This document shows, piece after piece, positions 16,762 to 24,749 of a DNA stretch of 29,736 nt. How positions within the stretch are numbered: position 1 is the stretch's first letter; each line of letters begins with the position of its first letter. Both the position numbers and the translations under genes were made by a program. The notes under the pieces are model-generated. The model was not told the origin of the DNA. It saw only the letters and a program-made list of their open reading frames with translations, and made no database searches. The stretch covers positions 1-29,736 of the forward strand of contig JACPGD010000517.1 in the NCBI GenBank assembly GCA_016182645.1. The letters are read 5' to 3'. The stretch is from Candidatus Hydrogenedentota bacterium (GTDB taxonomy: Bacteria; Hydrogenedentota; Hydrogenedentia; Hydrogenedentales; JACPGD01).

Positions 16762-17385
16762 TTATTCTTGCGCCTTGACTTCCACGGTGCTTGGGGTGAC
16801 CAGCGCTACAATTTCCACATCGTGGCCCGTCGGGATGGCCGGGCCGCGGGTAATCGCCTCGAGTTCCATGCTGCGGTGCTGCACGGTGACCGTGACCTTG
16901 CCCGCGCCTTGCTGTTGGCCCGGAATGGCGAGATAGCAGGTCGCGGGGAGCCCCACTACATTTTGGAGCTGGACCGTCCCTTCGTCCTGGAGCGAGAGCA
17001 GCAACTGCATGAGCCAGGCCACCACCAGCATCGCCGTCATGCCCGCCGCCACGGCGCACACGAACACGAAGAACAGTGGAAGATTTCCAGCCGCCGCGAT
17101 ATTGCCACCCAATCCGAAGAAGGTGATGGCCGCCACGACGGAGCGGAAGCTGATGATATTGAAGGCCTGGGACGACTCTTGATAGCCATGGCCAACCGAG
17201 GCGTGCGCGGCATCGGCGTCGCCCAGGTGCACCCCGTCGAGCGGGATGGCGCCATGGATGGCATCGAAGGCAGATTCATGGCCGGAATCCCAGCCGAACA
17301 AGGAAAGCAGGAGCAGGAGGAGGAGTATGGCGCCGCCCCCCACCGCGCACAACGTGAAAACCAATATCATGGCCTGACCCTCCAT
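16762..17385 (-). CDS. NfeD-like membrane protein (YqiJ-like) with C-terminal OB-fold, partner of flotillin
   Basis: Hydrophobic TM segments followed by a beta-rich C-terminus (GKVTVTVQHRSMELEAITRG...EIVALVTPSTVEVK). The stop is 3 nt upstream of the flotillin start; this pairing is conserved. Confidence 0.8.
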   Translation of the reverse strand: MEGQAMILVFTLCAVGGGAILLLLLLLSLFGWDSGHESAFDAIHGAIPLDGVHLGDADAAHASVGHGYQESSQAFNIISFRSVVAAITFFGLGGNIAAAGNLPLFFVFVCAVAAGMTAMLVVAWLMQLLLSLQDEGTVQLQNVVGLPATCYLAIPGQQQGAGKVTVTVQHRSMELEAITRGPAIPTGHDVEIVALVTPSTVEVKAQE

Positions 17386-17593
17386 AGCCGGGGCACTTGC
17401 CCCCGCCGTCCGGCTTGGTTTCCCATTATACCCCTGAGACCCCTTTCTTATTCACCTGGATTCACGGGAATGCGCTATTGCAAAAGAAAGCGGGGATCTT
17501 TAGGATGACGTTCAGGAGCAGCCAACGTGCCGGGCGCGGCTGGAGGTCAGCCGCCGTGTTGGCATGAATGGAAAGCGCAGAAGGGGAAAGACC

Positions 17594-17893
17594 ATGGCCA
17601 AGAAGCATACGATGCAGGCTGTTCTTGAACTGGCGGGAAAGTTTATCGTCAAACAAGACGGCGATTGGGACCACGACTCGTGGGAAGGCTTTGTGGGCGA
17701 CGTGGCCGAACTGGGCGTAACGGTTGATGATGACCTGCGCCGCAACCTCGGGAACGTGCTCGAGGCGGGCAAGTGCCTGTATGCGGCGGGGGATTCGTCC
17801 AAGAAAGCCAAGCCGCCCAAGAAGGAGAAGGCCGCTAAGGGCGAAGGCAAAGTGAAGAACAAGACCAAGGTGGCCACAAACCCGGAAACCTGA
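17594..17893 (+). CDS. small hypothetical protein (99 aa): acidic Asp/Trp-rich N-half, Lys-rich C-terminal tail
   Basis: ATG at 17594 is preceded by a purine-rich GAAAGGGGAAAG. Sequence MAKKHTMQAVLELAGKFIVKQDGDWDHDSWEGF...KKAKPPKKEKAAKGEGKVKNKTK. No family recognised. Confidence 0.5.
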   Translation: MAKKHTMQAVLELAGKFIVKQDGDWDHDSWEGFVGDVAELGVTVDDDLRRNLGNVLEAGKCLYAAGDSSKKAKPPKKEKAAKGEGKVKNKTKVATNPET

Positions 17894-17913
17894 CAAGATA
17901 GGCGACGGCTCGT

Positions 17914-17929
17914 GGGGCTCCGCGGCCCC
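17914..17929 (+). terminator. weak hairpin GGGGC-TCCGCG-GCCCC 21 nt after the small gene's stop
   Basis: Inverted repeat read directly from the sequence. No following T-tract, hence the low confidence. Confidence 0.2.
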
Positions 17930-17978
17930 ATGGGCCAAGCAGTAGATTTCTTGTCCGGGTTGAGATAGACTGAAACTA

Positions 17979-18269
17979 GTGATTTATGAGTGGGACCTAC
18001 AGAAGGCAAAGACAAACGTCCTTCTACATGAGGTTTCTTTCCCGGAAGCAACTAGTGTCTTTCTTGACCCACTAGCTTTGACATTTCCCGATCCTCGCCA
18101 CTCAAACTGGGAGGAGCGTGAGATCACGCTTGGTCAATCTGAGCGGCATCGGCTTCTGTTTGTGTCCCATTGTCGGCGATTGGATCGCGTCAGAATCATT
18201 AGTGCGCGCAAAGCAACGAAGAGAGAGCGCAGGCAGTATGAAGAAGGGTTCGGCGAAGAGAATCAATGA
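17979..18269 (+). CDS. brnT: BrnT-family ribonuclease toxin (DUF497)
   Basis: GTG start. MIYEWDLQKAKTNVLLHEVSFPEATSVFLDPLALTFPDPRHS..RIISARKATKRERRQY matches the BrnT signature (IFEWD..KA..N..KHGVSFEEA..VF.DP......D..HS...R...IG......L.VV.T.R....RIISARKAT..E...Y). Confidence 0.85.
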   Translation: MIYEWDLQKAKTNVLLHEVSFPEATSVFLDPLALTFPDPRHSNWEEREITLGQSERHRLLFVSHCRRLDRVRIISARKATKRERRQYEEGFGEENQ

Positions 18270-18531
18270 CGATTTAGAGCCTGAGTACGATCTCACGCAA
18301 CTCAAAGGTGGCGTACGAGGCAAGTATTACCGGCAGGCCATTGCGGGAACAAACCTCGTGCTGATTGAACCGGAACTGATGAAGGTTTTTCCAGACACCG
18401 AAGCTATCAATAGGGCGCTTCGTTTGTTGGCGGACACGGCTGCCGCCGCCGTAGACGCGCGCAAGCCTCAACCTACCCCCCACCGGCGCGGCGTACCGCG
18501 CGAGAGCGGTAGATCCGATTCGAGCGCGTAG
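18238..18531 (+). CDS. brnA: BrnA-family antitoxin
   Basis: MKKGSAKRINDDLEPEYDLTQLKGGVRGKY...GTNLVLIEPELMKVFPDTEAINRALRLL matches the BrnA pattern (..EYD.S.LKGGVRGKY......GTNLV.L.PD...VFPDS..VN.ALR.L). It overlaps brnT by 32 nt. Confidence 0.8.
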   Translation: MKKGSAKRINDDLEPEYDLTQLKGGVRGKYYRQAIAGTNLVLIEPELMKVFPDTEAINRALRLLADTAAAAVDARKPQPTPHRRGVPRESGRSDSSA

Positions 18532-18582
18532 CTATTCTCTATCCCCAGGTTTCTCGTAGTTTTAGCGAGATCGAAGCAGGGT

Positions 18583-19479
18583 CTATTCGTTCTGGAATTC
18601 TTCCGCCGCCGGTACGAGTGGCTGCAGACTGGCCAATTCAATCCCGCCTACTTGGGCGCTCTGCGTACTCCAGAATTTTTGCCATTCTTCGACGGTCAGC
18701 GGCGCCTTTTCGGGGAACTGCCCGGCCCAGAGTGCTTCCAATGCTTTCTTGCTGGCGTTGGCCACACGCTGGTCGACATTGGAGAGGAGCGCGATCAGCG
18801 CCGGGGTGGTGTCGCGCGCGCCCAGGTTGGCCAAGGCATACGCCGCTTGAATCTTGACCTCGTCCATCGCGTCCGCCAGGCCACGCGCGACCTCCGCGAC
18901 ACTGTCGCTGTCATGGATGTTGCCGAGCAGTTCAATGGCCTTCGCGCGCGTGCCGAAGTACGGGTTTGTGAGGCCGCTCCGCAGCGTCTTGCGGGCCTGA
19001 TCCGGGTTGATGCGAACGAGCACTTCCAGCACGGCGGGCGTTAGGTGGTGGGAGAACTCCGGGAGCATATACATCAGGAAGCCGAAGACGTTGAACTCTT
19101 TCTGAAGGGCGACCAACCGATCGCGTGCGCTTGCATAGTTCTCGCTTTGAGGGTTCTTGAGCTTGTACACCAGATCGAGGACGAGGCGGCGCTGCTCGGT
19201 AGTGAGGCCGGTCTTTTGCGTCAATTCGGCCTGAATGGCCGCTTCCTGCGCCTTGATCTCTTCCAGGTTCAAGGAGCCGTCGCGCTCATTCGGGACAATC
19301 GTCTGGATCTCCACCTTCTGGTAGATGAGCGTGTGATCGCCGACTTTCACTTCGTAGTTGCCGTCGGGCAACTGCTTTACCTTGCCCTTGACTTCGACGC
19401 CGGTGGTCAGCGTGAGCGTGTCACCCGCGGCAACCAGGCAACTTAGTACCAAGAGCAAAGATACCCAGATTCTCACCAT
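18583..19479 (-). CDS. secreted (possibly lipo-)protein with PBS-lyase-type HEAT repeats, 298 aa
   Basis: ATG at 19479 is preceded by GAGGAG 7 nt upstream. Signal peptide MVRIWVSLLLVLSCLVAAG. HEAT-like repeats appear in the C-terminal half (AKAIELLGNIHDSDSVAEVARGLAD..EVKIQAAYALANLGARDTTPALIALLSNVDQRVANASKKAL). Confidence 0.8.
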   Translation of the reverse strand: MVRIWVSLLLVLSCLVAAGDTLTLTTGVEVKGKVKQLPDGNYEVKVGDHTLIYQKVEIQTIVPNERDGSLNLEEIKAQEAAIQAELTQKTGLTTEQRRLVLDLVYKLKNPQSENYASARDRLVALQKEFNVFGFLMYMLPEFSHHLTPAVLEVLVRINPDQARKTLRSGLTNPYFGTRAKAIELLGNIHDSDSVAEVARGLADAMDEVKIQAAYALANLGARDTTPALIALLSNVDQRVANASKKALEALWAGQFPEKAPLTVEEWQKFWSTQSAQVGGIELASLQPLVPAAEEFQNE

Positions 19480-19521
19480 ATCCACTCCTCGCTGCATGCT
19501 TCTTCGGCGTCATCCGCGCCG

Positions 19522-19549
19522 GACCTGTTGGACAGGTCTGACAGACCTG
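19522..19549. promoter_or_regulatory. 17-bp perfect palindrome CAGGTCTGaCAGACCTG (19533-19549) plus a third half-site GACCTG at 19522-19527
   Basis: Direct reading of the sequence. It sits in the 91-nt gap between the GspK-like gene stop (19571) and the HEAT gene start (19479). It shares the CAGGTCT core with the repeats at 2418-2435 and 7546-7616. Confidence 0.3.
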
Positions 19550-19570
19550 AATGGCCAGCGATTCAAGAGG

Positions 19571-21925
19571 TCAACTTGCTTCCGTGGCCGGGTGCTCGAA
19601 ATAAAATGCCATGCGCGTTAACTGAACATTGGTCGTGTCCCGGATCTGGAGGAACCGTTGCACCCGTGGGTCATAGAGGAGGCTCAGGCCGGCGCCACTG
19701 CCCGTACCGGGCACGAACATCCCCAGGTCCGCCGCGACGACCCCGCCGCGAATCGACATCCTGCCCAAGGTGTTCGAATTGTGCCGCGTAAAGCTGCGGC
19801 AAATGTTAAAGATCGAGTTGTTGCTGTACAGGAGTCCGTCGAATTTCCAGTCCCTTCCGCTGGAGGGCCGGGTCATTTCATCGTCGTACCAGATTTGGCG
19901 CAACGCGGACTCAGACATCCAGTTGCCCTCGGGGCTGGTATAGTGATACACGGCCCGGTCAAGAATGTCTGAACGTCCGATAGATGCCAGGTAGGTCGAG
20001 AGTGTCTTGACGCCGCTCTCGCTATAGCGGACCGAGTGTTCGTCCGCGGAATCATAGACGTAGATGTTGTTCGGCTGACTCTCGCGCAGGCCGTAGAAGC
20101 GCGGCACATAGCTGCTGTCCGCGATGGCCTTCTCGAGTTCCATGTTGTTGAACAGCATCAACTCGGAGGTGGTAAAGCTGAATTGCTGCCCAGGACGCCC
20201 GCTCACGGTCTGGCCCGCGTCCACGGAATAAGGGTCAAAATAGCCCCATTTCAAGGTTTCCGTCTTACTGCCGACGGTGACGTTATTCGTGCGGTTCTTG
20301 TCCCGCGCGTGGATACTGTACTGTGACCAGGTAGGATATTTTGCGTTGTTTTGCGAACTGTGGTTGACCCCCCGGACCGTCAGATAGTCGCCCATCATGA
20401 CGCTGCCGCCGGCTTCCAGCGCGAAGGCGTTCTCTTTGTAGGTGCCCGTGGCGGCATCAAAATCGTATTTTCCAAACATCCCAGGATCGTCGGCATAGGT
20501 GACATCGCCCACGATGTAGACATTGCCGCGGACCAGCAACCGGCCATCGCCTTTGATCGGTCCCTTGATAACCAAGTCACCATCCACGGCAACAGTATTG
20601 TCAATCTGGATCGGATCAGAACTATTGCCGACGAGAATCAAGTTGCCCTCGTAGCGGCCCGTGGTGCTCAAGGCATTGAGCGCGTCGGCCGTCGACACGT
20701 TGGGCAAAGTGGTTTCGGCGTAGCTCGTGCCCGAAGGGACCCCATAGGCGATGCCCCCGGTCACGGAGCCGGCGGGCGGCGGGGTTGTACTGGCGTTTTC
20801 AAACGTTACGACGCCATCCGCGGTATTAAACACGCGATCAAACTCATCATCGTCCACCATGCGGTTGCCATTGTCATCCCCGTAGGGCGCTGGAAATGAA
20901 TCCGGCAGGTCTCCATCGGTCTGGAGGTTCGAGTCCAGGGGATAGTCGCGGTACAGATTTGCAAAGGGTTCGAGTTTGCCGCTGCTATCCAAGCCCGCGT
21001 TTTGCAGGGCAACCTCTGACATGCCGCCGGTCGCATTCTGCGTAATCTTGCCGTTCTCGTCGCTGAAATCGTAGCCGCGCAAGGAGGAAGAGGCGAGTTC
21101 CGCATCGCTGTAGAGGGCGCCGTTGTCTTTGTATACCTGGCCCCGGGTATATAAGGTGCCAGCAACCTTGGAATCCACCTCGGCCGTGGTGCGGATCATC
21201 AGCGATTCGAGCGCGGCCACCTTGACACGGTCAAAGGTGTTGTACAGGGAGGGGTCCGTGTTCAATTGCTGATCCACGGACAGCACGCGCAGGTGACACA
21301 TAATGCAGTTGATGTTATTGGCCAGAATAGGATATTGCGGCCCAGTGAAGGGTTCACCCCCGATATCCAGGATTTGGACGGCCGTCTTGGTCTGGCCTTC
21401 ACAACTTGCCATGGCCCGAATGGTCAAGCGGCTGGCGAACACAGTGTCGAACCGGGCCACGTGGACAGCGTCGATGGTTGCCACAACACGCTCGCTGTCG
21501 GGATCGCGGAACTCGACGGGCTCGCTCAGCATGGCCCAACCCCGCTGGTCGTACCCCGAGGCGTAGGTCTGCAGGATGCCATCTCCATTTCCGTCTTCAC
21601 CGGCATCCTTGGCGCCATTGAAATTCAGGTCCTCATTCACCGGGACGGCGAGGTCCGAGTCCAGGAATTGTTTATAGGAGGCCACGTTGCCTGTGGTATT
21701 GCCATTGCCGGCAAGGTAGTCGTTCCACAGGCGCACCACCCCCAAGTCGATCCCTGCTTGCGCAGCTTCTTCCAGGACAATGGTGTTGTAGGCGTGGTCG
21801 GTTTCCTTTTTCGCCGCATGTACCCGCAGCATCACCACACCCATCGAGCCGAGGATGACTATGATTGCCATCATCGCAAAAATGAGAGCCATGCCCTGCT
21901 GATTACGCAAACGTGATCGACTCAT
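19571..21925 (-). CDS. large GspK-like minor pseudopilin / prepilin-type protein lacking Glu+5 (784 aa)
   Basis: ATG at 21925 is preceded by AAGGAGG 6 nt upstream. N-terminus MSRSRLRNQQG|MALIFAMMAIIVILGSMGV is a prepilin-like hydrophobic helix with Phe, not Glu, at +5 (the GspK hallmark). The ~750-aa beta-rich remainder has Asp/Gly/Asn-rich loops (NGNGDGILQ, GDDNGNRMVDDDEFD). It is the last gene after two pseudopilin genes. Confidence 0.7.
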   Translation of the reverse strand: MSRSRLRNQQGMALIFAMMAIIVILGSMGVVMLRVHAAKKETDHAYNTIVLEEAAQAGIDLGVVRLWNDYLAGNGNTTGNVASYKQFLDSDLAVPVNEDLNFNGAKDAGEDGNGDGILQTYASGYDQRGWAMLSEPVEFRDPDSERVVATIDAVHVARFDTVFASRLTIRAMASCEGQTKTAVQILDIGGEPFTGPQYPILANNINCIMCHLRVLSVDQQLNTDPSLYNTFDRVKVAALESLMIRTTAEVDSKVAGTLYTRGQVYKDNGALYSDAELASSSLRGYDFSDENGKITQNATGGMSEVALQNAGLDSSGKLEPFANLYRDYPLDSNLQTDGDLPDSFPAPYGDDNGNRMVDDDEFDRVFNTADGVVTFENASTTPPPAGSVTGGIAYGVPSGTSYAETTLPNVSTADALNALSTTGRYEGNLILVGNSSDPIQIDNTVAVDGDLVIKGPIKGDGRLLVRGNVYIVGDVTYADDPGMFGKYDFDAATGTYKENAFALEAGGSVMMGDYLTVRGVNHSSQNNAKYPTWSQYSIHARDKNRTNNVTVGSKTETLKWGYFDPYSVDAGQTVSGRPGQQFSFTTSELMLFNNMELEKAIADSSYVPRFYGLRESQPNNIYVYDSADEHSVRYSESGVKTLSTYLASIGRSDILDRAVYHYTSPEGNWMSESALRQIWYDDEMTRPSSGRDWKFDGLLYSNNSIFNICRSFTRHNSNTLGRMSIRGGVVAADLGMFVPGTGSGAGLSLLYDPRVQRFLQIRDTTNVQLTRMAFYFEHPATEAS

Positions 21926-21974
21926 AAGCGCCTCCTTGCGGAGCAGTCGCGCGTGACCCGCGGCTGTCATCCGG

Positions 21975-22643
21975 CTAATTCTGCAAATGAAGGGTGGTCT
22001 CCGATTCTGCCCGCACCACGTGCTCGTTATTCGGCCCATATCCCTTCGACGATTCCACGCGCACATAGAACGTCGTGAAATAATTGTTGTCGCTGGCGTT
22101 CGGCCGCAATTGGAAAGTCAGGGCGCTGATATCGTTGACGCCGCCGGTCACCTTGGTTTCCCCCGACTGCTCCCGCACGATCCGGCGTGTCAATATGCCG
22201 TCGCCATTGGCGTCTTCGCCCTCGTCCAGTTTGCCGTTTATCGGTGCATCATTCAGCCCGTCCTCATTCTCGTAGCGGTACACGATCGGGTCCGAGACGG
22301 TAATCATTGTGGCGTCGTTCGTGGGGACCGGGAGGACGAAGCTCACGGACAGACCGTCCCCTGAGACCGTTACGGGTATAGCGCCCGGCGGGACAAAGTT
22401 CGGATCCATTTGCGCCAGCGTCTTGTCGGTGTATGCGGAGCGGATCTCGCTGGCGATGGCCATCATGACGTCACGCACGTTGGCCTGCACTTCGCCCTTC
22501 GCCTGGGTCAGCGAGGTGGCTTCGGTCGAGCCTTGCAGCACCACGAAACTGAGGGCGCCGACAATCGCGAGGATGGCGATCGCAAACGTGATTTCGAGCA
22601 GGCTATACCCTTGTGTCGCCATGGCAGTGGTCCCCTTATTCAT
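21975..22643 (-). CDS. type II secretion/type IV pilus minor pseudopilin (GspJ-like position), 222 aa
   Basis: N-terminus MNKGTTAMATQG|YSLLEITFAIAILAIVGALSFV has the canonical prepilin cleavage/methylation site with Glu+5. An alternative start ATG at 22622 has AAGGGGA 7 nt upstream. M1 overlaps the upstream stop by 8 nt. Confidence 0.8.
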   Translation of the reverse strand: MNKGTTAMATQGYSLLEITFAIAILAIVGALSFVVLQGSTEATSLTQAKGEVQANVRDVMMAIASEIRSAYTDKTLAQMDPNFVPPGAIPVTVSGDGLSVSFVLPVPTNDATMITVSDPIVYRYENEDGLNDAPINGKLDEGEDANGDGILTRRIVREQSGETKVTGGVNDISALTFQLRPNASDNNYFTTFYVRVESSKGYGPNNEHVVRAESETTLHLQN

Positions 22644-23154
22644 TGTTCACCACCGTGACGAGTTCCGCCTGCATGGGGCGGCCGCGCCTATCCAGCCAGG
22701 CAGACCGGACAACAACCTGCACGGGCACGTCATTGCCGCCTGCGGCGTCGCCCGCCATATTCAAGACCAGCACTTCGAGGGTGTGGTTGCGCAGCTCTTC
22801 ATGTCCACTCGACGATACCAGGTAGTCCGTCCAGCCGCTGCTGTTATTCTGATTGACCCAGGTCAGCAGATCGGCCGGGAAATTGTCCTTGAAGTCGTCG
22901 CGCCGATCGCGCAGCGCACTGATCACCGCCCGGCAGGATTGCAGCCCTTCAATGCGCTGTTCCTGCATGTCCATGGAAAGATAGAAAGACATCAACGCCT
23001 GCGCGGTGACGCCGATGACCGCCGCAAAGATGGCCACGGCGAGCACCACCTCGAGGAGGGTCATCCCCGCAGTCGCTTCGCCGCCCGCTCCGCGCGTTCG
23101 GGCATGCAGCCATTTCGCCACTGCGGGTTTTGAATTCACCACCGGTCTCGACAT
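22636..23154 (-). CDS. type II secretion/type IV pilus pseudopilin (GspH/I-like position), 172 aa
   Basis: ...GGEATAG|MTLLEVVLAVAIFAAVIGV is a prepilin site with Glu+5. Start chosen at ATG 23154 (AAGGA ~10 nt upstream), giving an unusually long 30-aa leader; the true start is uncertain. Confidence 0.7.
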   Translation of the reverse strand: MSRPVVNSKPAVAKWLHARTRGAGGEATAGMTLLEVVLAVAIFAAVIGVTAQALMSFYLSMDMQEQRIEGLQSCRAVISALRDRRDDFKDNFPADLLTWVNQNNSSGWTDYLVSSSGHEELRNHTLEVLVLNMAGDAAGGNDVPVQVVVRSAWLDRRGRPMQAELVTVVNNE

Positions 23155-23381
23155 CCAGACATCCTTTCCGGCCTTTCGGCCACCCTGCCCTGCCTGAATA
23201 CGGAACCAGACCATTCTGCCATGAAGTCAAGAATAAAGCAAGTGGCACGAGTAGGCCCGATCTATAACAAATGCTTATAAAACAATGACTTACAAGACAT
23301 TTTCTGCGAGACTCCGGGAGATCGGGTCACACGATAATCAGGCCCGCCGGCCGAACTCCGGCTTTCCCGTGAGCTGGGACG

Positions 23382-24650
23382 TCAGACCTTGGCCCATTCG
23401 GCGCCGGCCGAGGCGCCCGAAGAATACAGCCGGCCTTCGATACCTGTGGCTAACTGATAGTCCTCCATCAGCCGTATTGAAAACTGCTTGATATGTTCGG
23501 TTTGCACCAGGTGCACCGCGCACCCGCCGAAGCCGGCGCCGGTCATGCGGCTGCCGTAACAGCCCGGCAACAAGCGGGCAATAGCCGTCATCGCGTCCAA
23601 CTCGGGACTGGTCACCTCGTAGTCTTCGCGCAGGCTGTGGTCGGAGGCATTCATCAGGGCGCCGAAGCCGGGCGCGTCGCCGTCGCGCAGCCGGGCGCAC
23701 GCTTCGAGCGTACGGCCGTTTTCGGAAATCACATGCCGCGCACGCCGAAACGCGACGGTGTCGAGTCGGTCGCGCGCCTCTTCCAACGCGGCCAGCGAAA
23801 AGTCGCGCAGGTGCGTACCCTTGTTGTGATCAGTCTCCCCATTGTGGCCGGTCTCCCTGTTGTGGCCGGTCTCCTGACCGCGCCACGGCGCCGACTGTGG
23901 GTCTCCTCCTCCACCGCGCTTTCCCAGCATCTCGCACAGCCCCGCCACGGCGCGTTCGCACTCCGCCACGCGCTCGTTGTATTTCGATCCGGACAGCCGC
24001 CGCGCGCAGCACGTGTCCGTGATGACCAACGCTGCGTCCGCGAAATTGATGGCCACATGCTCCAGCGCCAGCGACCGGCAATCGAGGAACAGCGCGTGCC
24101 CGGCCCGGCAGCAGCGGGAGGCAAATTGGTCCATGATGCCGCTGCTGATACCGAGGAACTCGTTTTCCACGCGCTGGCCCAAGCGGGCCGCTTCCCCGTC
24201 ATCGAGTGTGAATCCGTATAATCCCTCAAAAAGCTTGAGCACGGCCATTTCCACCGCCGCCGAACTGCTCAGCCCCGCGCCCACGGGCACATCGCCGGTG
24301 ATATACAGATCGGCGCCCTGCGGCAGCCTGTACCCGCCCTGGGTCAATTGCTGGGCGACGCCCGCAATATAGTCCATCCACGGATGTGCCGCCTCGCGCG
24401 TCAAGCCATCCAGGGGAAGATCGGCGCCGTCATTGAACTGCTCCGCGAAAGCGCGCACGCGGTTGTCCGTCCGCGCCTGTCCCGCAATCATTACTTCCAG
24501 ATCCAGTGCCATTGGCAAGACAAAGCCGTGGTTGTAATCGGTATGCTCGCCAATCAGGTTAACGCGTCCCGGCGCCCGTGCCACGATGCTGGCGGGGCCC
24601 CCAAACCGCCGGGCAAACCCGGCCCGGACTGTTTCGAGAGCGATACTCAT
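23382..24650 (-). CDS. galK: galactokinase
   Basis: N-terminal signature PGRVNLIGEHTDYNHGFVLP, the GHMP kinase ATP motif (PVGAGLSSSAA) and the C-terminal GAGFGGC motif. 422 aa including a ~25-aa low-complexity insertion. Confidence 0.92.
   Translation of the reverse strand: MSIALETVRAGFARRFGGPASIVARAPGRVNLIGEHTDYNHGFVLPMALDLEVMIAGQARTDNRVRAFAEQFNDGADLPLDGLTREAAHPWMDYIAGVAQQLTQGGYRLPQGADLYITGDVPVGAGLSSSAAVEMAVLKLFEGLYGFTLDDGEAARLGQRVENEFLGISSGIMDQFASRCCRAGHALFLDCRSLALEHVAINFADAALVITDTCCARRLSGSKYNERVAECERAVAGLCEMLGKRGGGGDPQSAPWRGQETGHNRETGHNGETDHNKGTHLRDFSLAALEEARDRLDTVAFRRARHVISENGRTLEACARLRDGDAPGFGALMNASDHSLREDYEVTSPELDAMTAIARLLPGCYGSRMTGAGFGGCAVHLVQTEHIKQFSIRLMEDYQLATGIEGRLYSSGASAGAEWAKV
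23820..23886 (-). repeat. in-frame 18-bp tandem repeat x3 inside galK encoding ETGHNR-ETGHNG-ETDHNK
   Basis: Plus-strand units GTCTCCCCATTGTGGCCG / GTCTCCCTGTTGTGGCCG / GTCTCC... The insertion follows a Gly-rich stretch (GKRGGGGDPQSAPWRGQ) not expected in canonical GalK. Confidence 0.7.
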
Positions 24651-24749
24651 GCGGACGCACGCCTGATAAACATCGCCGCATGATGAAGCGAAGCCTGCTC
24701 CCAGTCAACCTCTTCCATCCTTGCGCCTTTCTGCTTCATACTTCCTGCC

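Noticed and set aside
15934-17508. 524-aa plus-strand ORF (and 15142-15825, 16226-17059) overlapping flotillin/NfeD
   Set aside because: These are antisense or alternate-frame shadow ORFs typical of high-GC DNA. Their translations are Arg/His/Asp-rich low-complexity with no motifs, while the opposite strand encodes clearly recognisable flotillin and NfeD.
19533-19549. 17-bp palindrome as a Rho-independent terminator of the pseudopilin operon
   Set aside because: A perfect palindrome with a 1-nt centre cannot form a stable tight hairpin and there is no downstream U-tract. A protein-binding site is more plausible.
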